In this document: positions 50,839 to 56,573 of the stretch, in pieces | How positions within the stretch are numbered: the stretch's first letter is position 1 | How the letters are laid out: every line of letters starts with the position of its first letter | NCBI GenBank assembly: GCA_963575745.1 | Contig: CAUYUJ010000084.1 | Coordinates: 62,001 to 118,573, forward strand | Direction of reading: 5' to 3' | Origin: Prorocentrum cordatum | Lineage: Eukaryota | Length of the DNA: 56,573 bases | Program-made: the position numbers and the translations under genes | The notes under the pieces: generated by a model | The model's database searches: none | The model's input: the letters and a program-made list of their open reading frames with translations, nothing else | Told to the model about the DNA's origin: nothing

Positions 50839-50906
50839 CAGTGCCGGGGAACTGCTTTGAACATCACCAGTCGTTCAAAGCAGTGCCCCGGCACTGCTTT
50901 GAACGA
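50839..50906. repeat. Overlapping (flip-flop) palindromes
   Basis: Perfect 17-bp arms at 50871-50887 and 50890-50906; 50839-50862 is a 23/24 reverse complement of 50873-50896. Confidence 0.9.
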
Positions 50907-51699
50907 TGCGGAAATGCGATCAGCAGGAGCCTTCGTCTGTTCCTTCTCCTCTTCTCGTCGCTGTATGCTCTTCCTTGTCCTCCCTCCTCCCCCGTTCCCT
51001 CTCTAATTAATTACCTCGTTCTCCCAGTCTCACGCGCACTCTTCCTCCCCCCTCTCCTCCTCCTCTTCCTGCTTCTCCTCCTCGTCCTCCTCCTCCTCCG
51101 CCTCCTCCCCCTCATTTGTTATATTTCTCCGTCCTTGTCCTCCTGTCCCCGTTCTCCTTCTCCCTCTCCTCCTCCTCCTCCTCCTCGTCGTCGTCGTCCT
51201 CCTCCTCTTCCTCCTCCTCCTCCTACCTCCTCCTCCTCTTTCCTCCTCCTCCTCCTCCTTTCCTCCCTCCTCCTCCTCCTCACCTTCTTCCTCATCCTCC
51301 TCCTCCCCCTTTCCTCTCATCCTCTCATCCTCTCTCCTCCCTTCCTCTTCCTATCTGACTCCTCCATAATTCCTGTCCGCTCCTCCCCTTCACTGATCTT
51401 CCTCTTCGTCATCATCATCCCTTTCGTCGCACGCCTCTTAATCCTCAATCGGTTCCCAATCTTCTCGACTTTCTTGTCATCCGCGTCCTTGGCTGTTGGA
51501 GGGGCCTCAGGAATTCTCGGGGCTCTTGTGTTGCACGCGAAGGCACACCTCCCAGGAACGCATCATCCTCCTCACATTCACCCTCCTCCTCCTCATCCTC
51601 CTCCTCCATGCACGTTCGGCTCAAGCCCGCGCCGACGGTAGGTTTCACGGCGGTTGGGCGGGCTCGCGCCCGCCTCCGCGGCCTGCAGTCGGGGCAGAG

Positions 51700-52866
51700 A
51701 TGCGTGCAGGGTGGGATGACAAAGCGGAAGAGGAAACACGGGCCGCAGTTGCGGATTCTTCAAAGAGCAGCGGCGGCGGTTGGGGAACAAGTGGGGGTTG
51801 GGGCGGCCGCAGTGGCGGATACGGCGGCGGAGGTGACCGCAGTGGCGGCTGGGGCGGCGGAGATTCTCTTGGCGGATGGAGAGGAAAAGCGCAGGATGGC
51901 GGCGACGGAAGTGACCGCAGTCGCGGATGGGAGGGCGGCGGATGGGGCGGCAACGGATGCGAGGGTTGGGGAATGGAGGGCGCCCGCTGGTGGGACGACG
52001 AGGGTGGCTGGTGGAATGCATGGGAAGGTGGCCGCTCGAGTGCCTCGGCAGGTTCTCCTGCCGCGGAGCCCGCGGCCGCAACAGCGGCGGGCAAAGGAGG
52101 CGGTCCCCTGCTTCCCCCAGGGCGCGAAGAACAAGGCGCAGTTGCGCTGTTTCAAATTGTGCGCAATGAGCCGCTGCCAATTTTCAAGTTGGAATTCTTC
52201 GAGAACTCCAGGGCGAACTGGAACGGCAATTATAAGCAGCACAACGCGGCCTTGAAGTGGTTCCGAGACGAGTACGAAGACCGAGAAAACCCTTTCGGCA
52301 GCCGCACGCCCGTATTCGGAGGTACCGCAGTTGCGGAGGAAATTTCGAAGATCCTTAAGTACCGCGCAAAGGGGAAGGCGCAGGACAACAGGGATTGGGA
52401 CTGGGACCACACTGTCAAAGTGCCGAGGTCTTGGCTGGAGATGGTCGCGCAGATGGATGGACCTACAATGCTGCGCGTCGTGTGCGGCCCTGACAATGAC
52501 CGCAGTCGCGGGTTGGTCCGCTGCGAGTGCCGCCCGTGCCCTAGCAGTCTCTACAACATGAGGCACACGAAAGGGGTGGACAGAGGACAGGCGCAAAGAA
52601 TCCCTCTGCCCCAGTGGGATTTCGTCCTCATCCGCGACGACGGCTCGGGCATTCGCGTCCACCCATCCTGGTCTAGCCCGAAGTTCAACACGTATGAGGT
52701 GGAGCCGCACTAGCATCCCGTGCGGGGCCCGAGGGCAGGTCTCGGCAAGAGCGATGGCCACGGAACGTTCACGTTCTGGAAGATGCTGCACGCCCATCCG
52801 AATCCTGGGCGGTTCGACGCGAGCAAGGGGGCGCAGCTGCAACCGCGGTGGTCCGCGCAGCCTTGA
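51700..52866 (+). pseudogene. Intronless hypothetical gene, Gly/Trp-rich N-terminus plus globular domain, one in-frame TAG
   Basis: SL-like TTCGGCTCAAG at 51615-51625; ATG at 51700; protein-like sequence (YKQHNAALKWFR, WDFVLIRDDGSGIRVHPSW) continues past TAG 52711 (GLGKSDGHGTFTFWK) to TGA 52864. Confidence 0.65.
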
Positions 52867-53531
52867 CACAGCAGTTGCGGGATTGCGCAGCCATGGAACC
52901 GCAGTTGCGGGGACCGATCGCGTGACGCCGCGCTCGTTTGACTCACTATGCGCGCTTTTGGCCGCAGTTGCGGCGCTGCCTTCTAGCGACTTCATACAGC
53001 TTGGCCGCAGTTGCGGCGCTCCCACGACTGACCGCTGTAATTAGGTGCTTCGGGCGCGCATCACCTCCGTTGAAGCACTCGTGACGTTAATTAGCGCGGC
53101 CGCAGTTGCGGAGACAGGTACTTAAACAGATGGATCCGCAGTTGTTCGTCGTCCTCGTCGCCACTTCCCCGTCGTCCTCGTCGCAGTCTCCTCCCTCCGC
53201 CTTTCCTCCTCGTCGCAGTTCCTTCCGTTTGCCGTAGCCCGCCTCCGTTGGCCGAGTCATTTCCCGTCGTCCTCGTCGCAGTCCCCCCCGAGGGCCGCAG
53301 TTGCGGACTTTGTTGATTCCTCCTCCTCCGTTTCTGCCCCGTCATCCTCGTCGCAGTACCCTTGCTCCTTTCACCCTCGTCTGAGCTCTTCGCGCCATCC
53401 TCTTCCGTCGCGTCCTCTCCATCCTCCTCTTCGCCTTCCTCGTCCTCATCCCCGCCGTCTCCCTCGTTGCCCTTCCTCTCCCAAGCCGGCCGCAGGTCCC
53501 CCGTCGGACGGGGGCCGCGCGCGGCCGCGCC

Positions 53532-55361
53532 ATGGACCCAGGTCGCAAAGCCGAGGTCGACAAGCGGTTCGCCGAGCTGAAGCAGCAACTGCGGGAAAGG
53601 TTCGGCCTGCAAGGGGCTGCCGCGGATGCCGCAGTCGCGGAGCCGCCGGAGGACCGCAGTTGCGGAAGCCCCGAGCGACCGCCGCGCGAGGCCTCCCCGC
53701 AGTCGTCTAGCTCCTCGCGGGAATATCGGCCGCCGCCGCCGATAAGCGCTGCGAGTGGGAGCTCTGCTGGTGGGAGGCGCGAATAGGCGCAGTTGCGCAG
53801 GGCGCACTTGACCCCCAAGGCAAAATGGGGGCCTCGGGCGCAGACGCCGACGAAGCAGCAGGACCAACCAACAGTGACGGGAGCCGCCGCCACCGAGACC
53901 GCAGTTGCGGGGGTGGCCGGCGAGCCAGGTGCCGCGCGCGGCTCATCTGGGAGCAGCGCGCCCTCGGCCGTGCTGCTCGCAGCCGAGTCCAAACGAGGCG
54001 CCCAACCCGAAGACGAGGCCGCCTCCCAGGAGAAAGCCGCCGAGACAACCGCCTCGGCCGATTCGCGGCCGAGGAAAAGGCCGCCTCCCATGGAAGACTC
54101 GCCGCTGTCAGAACCGCAGTCGCGGGGTCGCGCGGGGCCTCCGTCGGAACCGCAGTTGCGGGAAGATGCGGGAGCACCGCGGAAGAAGCAGCGGACCAGG
54201 TCCCCTCCAGGGATAAACTACTTTGGGGAACGCCCCAAGTGGAACGAAGGATTCCTTCGTACAGAAGACGGCACTCGGGTTCCGTCCACCATCGCTTTGG
54301 TGTTCAACGTGGTGGTCATCACGAAGGTGGCAACAAAGGAAGATGTCTTCAGGTGCATCTTGCACCAAACTGCGGCGGTCGTCTTCGTCGCATGGGACCC
54401 CGAGCTGTTCCGCACGGGGAACGTCGAAGGCGCTTGCAGCTACGACGTTCGCGTTGGACTCAGGACTGCCGTCGACGACGCTGTCACTTTGAAAAACGCC
54501 TCCGTGGAGCCTTACTGGACGACGGTTGCCCTGTTCAGAGACACGGGCGTGGTGCTCGCGCGCCCGCACATCATCGCAGAGACCGCAGTTGCGGGTCATG
54601 TTGTTGGGGCCACCCACGCCGTCACGATCCTGAGCTTTCGCCTGAAGGGCTCCGAGATGAATCCTGCCGCGGTGATCCGTTTTGCCGTCGTGTCCAGACA
54701 CGCAGTCACCGAACGTCTCCAACACAAGATCACGCAAACAGAACAATCAGCGTGGCATCCAGCTTTCTTCAAGGACGCGGTTGCTTCCATCCATAAAAAT
54801 GATGTGCGGTTCTTGTGCGGCCTGTTTGACATCCCGCCTGAGCAGCTCGCAGCATTTGGCCGCAGTTGCGGAGCCAGCTACACCTGCCCGGCGGGGGTGG
54901 TGTTCAGGGCTGGACCCGCCCTGTTCGGAGGCATTGTGGAGGGCACACGCGTCATGCATCCGAATTACGTCCTCCCCATTGGCCCGTGCGACGTGCGCAT
55001 TGCGGACTACAACCTGGATTTTGCAGGGAGGCCGTCGAAGAACGATCCCCAGTGGCTCCCTGGTTGGATGCATCGAACAAGCGACTCCATCATCTCTCGG
55101 CGCTGGGTCCCAGCGAAGTACATGCCCAAGTGGGAGGATGACCCTGACCGCAGTAGCGGAGTCAGAGAAAAGCTCGGCTTGGCAGCGCTGCCCCCAATCG
55201 GCAAGGTCATTCAGAAGGAGCTCAACGAGAAGACCTTCAGCACGCACTGGTGCGAGGGCATCAACCAAAACATCGTCTTCGTCGGCCACGGACGCGCAAG
55301 TCGGGCGAGCAAGCGGAAGCACGAAGAGGCGCGATCTGCCGCAGTTGCGGACGAGCGGTGA
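53532..55361 (+). pseudogene. Intronless hypothetical gene with alpha/beta-type C-terminal domain, one in-frame TAG
   Basis: GCCATGG start; 53532-53786 and 53793-55361 are the same frame, separated only by TAG 53784; complex globular sequence from about 54200. Confidence 0.65.
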
Positions 55362-55945
55362 GTGCGGCAAGACCGAGGAGCCGCAGTTGCGGAACAGAGC
55401 TCGGTACTACTGGGCGCCTGCTGCTTGCGTAGTGCATCCCAGTGTAGGATAGCCCGCAGTTGCGGTGTTGCGGTTGCGGTGTAGGATAGCCCGCAGTTGC
55501 GGGGTTGCGGTTGCGAAGCCGCAGTTGCGGTTGCGTATAATAGGAGAGCACGCGGTTGCGAAGCCGCAGTTTGCAATAAGTGTGCGCGCGATGGGTCATC
55601 ATCATCGTCGTCGTCCGTCCTCGTCGTCGTCGCTGCCGTCGTCGTCGTCGCGTCTGTCGTCTGTCGTCAGCAGTCGTCGTCGGTCGTCGTCGTAGTCAAG
55701 TCTGTCGTCTGTCGTCAGCAGTCGTCGTCGTCGTCGTCCCTCCTCCCTCCTCCCTCCTCCCTCCTCCCTCCTCCCTCCTCCCTCCTCGTCCTCCCCCAGG
55801 CCGCATCCCCCCGCCACCTCCGTCCTAGCTCTCCTTCCCCTTCCCCTCCTCGTCCTCCTCCAGCTTGCACCCCCCTCCCTCCTCCAGCCTGCACCCCCCC
55901 CAAGCTCTCGCCCGATATTTTGGATTTAAACTGAGCCTTCAGTCG

Positions 55946-55965
55946 TCCGCAGGCATTCGGCTCAG
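55946..55965 (+). other. Degenerate spliced-leader relic
   Basis: TCCGCAGGCATTCGGCTCAG aligns 17/22 to DinoSL, about 110 nt upstream of the next ATG. Confidence 0.5.
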
Positions 55966-56076
55966 CAGGTCGTTGGGCTCCTGGCACACACGCCTCCACC
56001 CTGAGCGACGGACGTCGTGCCATAGTCCGCCATATCGGAGCTCCGGGCCGCAGTTGCGGACAGCGTCGGCACAGAT

Positions 56077-56573
56077 ATGAACGACAGCGTCGGCACAGAT
56101 AATGCCGCAGTGGCGGACAAGAAAGCCGCAGTGGCGGACGAGACAGCCGCAGTTCCAGGCGGAACGCAAGGGATCTTTCAGAGGGCCAACGCCTTGAGGT
56201 CTAGATTCAGGACAGGGGACAAGGTGCGCCTCCCTGTGCTCCTGCTCGCCCCGCACACGGGCAACCGAGGCGGGCACTACCCTCAGCAGGAAAGGGTTCG
56301 GGAACTCGCTGTGAAAATCTTCCTGGCTGGATTCACGCAAGCCGAAGCTGACCACGAAGGTGTCTGCGTTCAGATGTACCCAGCACCAGAGCTGGTGCTG
56401 AGAAAAAGGGAGGACCCGAAGTTCCAGACGTACACAGAGTACAATCTGGAAAAAGCGACCGGCCACCTCGCTGCGTGCTTCGACCGCAGTTGCGGAACAG
56501 ACGTTGCGTATGGGACGTGTTCGCACTCCCAATTGTGCCTCGTGTTGCGGGCGTGCGCCCTGGGAGCCAAGTG
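56077..56573 (+). CDS. 5' part of a hypothetical protein with possible ParB/Srx-like domain (runs off window; absent from the ORF track)
   Basis: Open frame MNDSVGTDN...PHTGNRGGHYPQQERVRELAVKIFLAGFTQAEADHEGVCVQ...YGTCSHSQLCLVLRA to the window end. Confidence 0.7.
   Translation, partial: MNDSVGTDNAAVADKKAAVADETAAVPGGTQGIFQRANALRSRFRTGDKVRLPVLLLAPHTGNRGGHYPQQERVRELAVKIFLAGFTQAEADHEGVCVQMYPAPELVLRKREDPKFQTYTEYNLEKATGHLAACFDRSCGTDVAYGTCSHSQLCLVLRACALGAK

Larger units (their letters stand above)
51743..56495 (+). repeat. Highly iterated 12-bp palindrome CCGC-AGTN-GCGG
   Basis: 19 CCGCAGTTGCGG plus 9 copies differing only at N (G x4, C x4, A x1), in coding and non-coding sequence. Confidence 0.95.

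Overview
Eukaryotic, GC-rich, repeat-saturated nuclear DNA, almost certainly dinoflagellate: there is an exact 22-nt dinoflagellate spliced leader at 8755-8776, and introns have GC/GA/GT donors with AG|G acceptors. Nearly all long ORFs in the supplied track are microsatellite artefacts. The real content is: (1) a hidden RCE1/CAAX prenyl protease gene rebuilt from 9 tiny exons (15-89 nt) across 12922-42692; (2) a spliced-leader-headed, intronless retroposon-like unit embedded in (ACAGAC)n; (3) inside the 13-kb RCE1 intron, an antisense SL-relic retro-pseudogene and a decayed Ty1/copia-like LTR element (LTR, PBS, gag with a CCCH finger, protease, integrase; no RT seen); (4) many satellites and fold-back/MITE-like hairpins; and (5) from about 51.6 kb to the window end, a cassette of three co-oriented intronless ORFs saturated with a strand-polarised 12-bp palindrome CCGC-AGTN-GCGG (28 copies counted by eye) inserted within coding frames. 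This cassette is the best candidate for an undescribed system. All counts and alignments were done by eye; family assignments come from motif recognition, not database searches.
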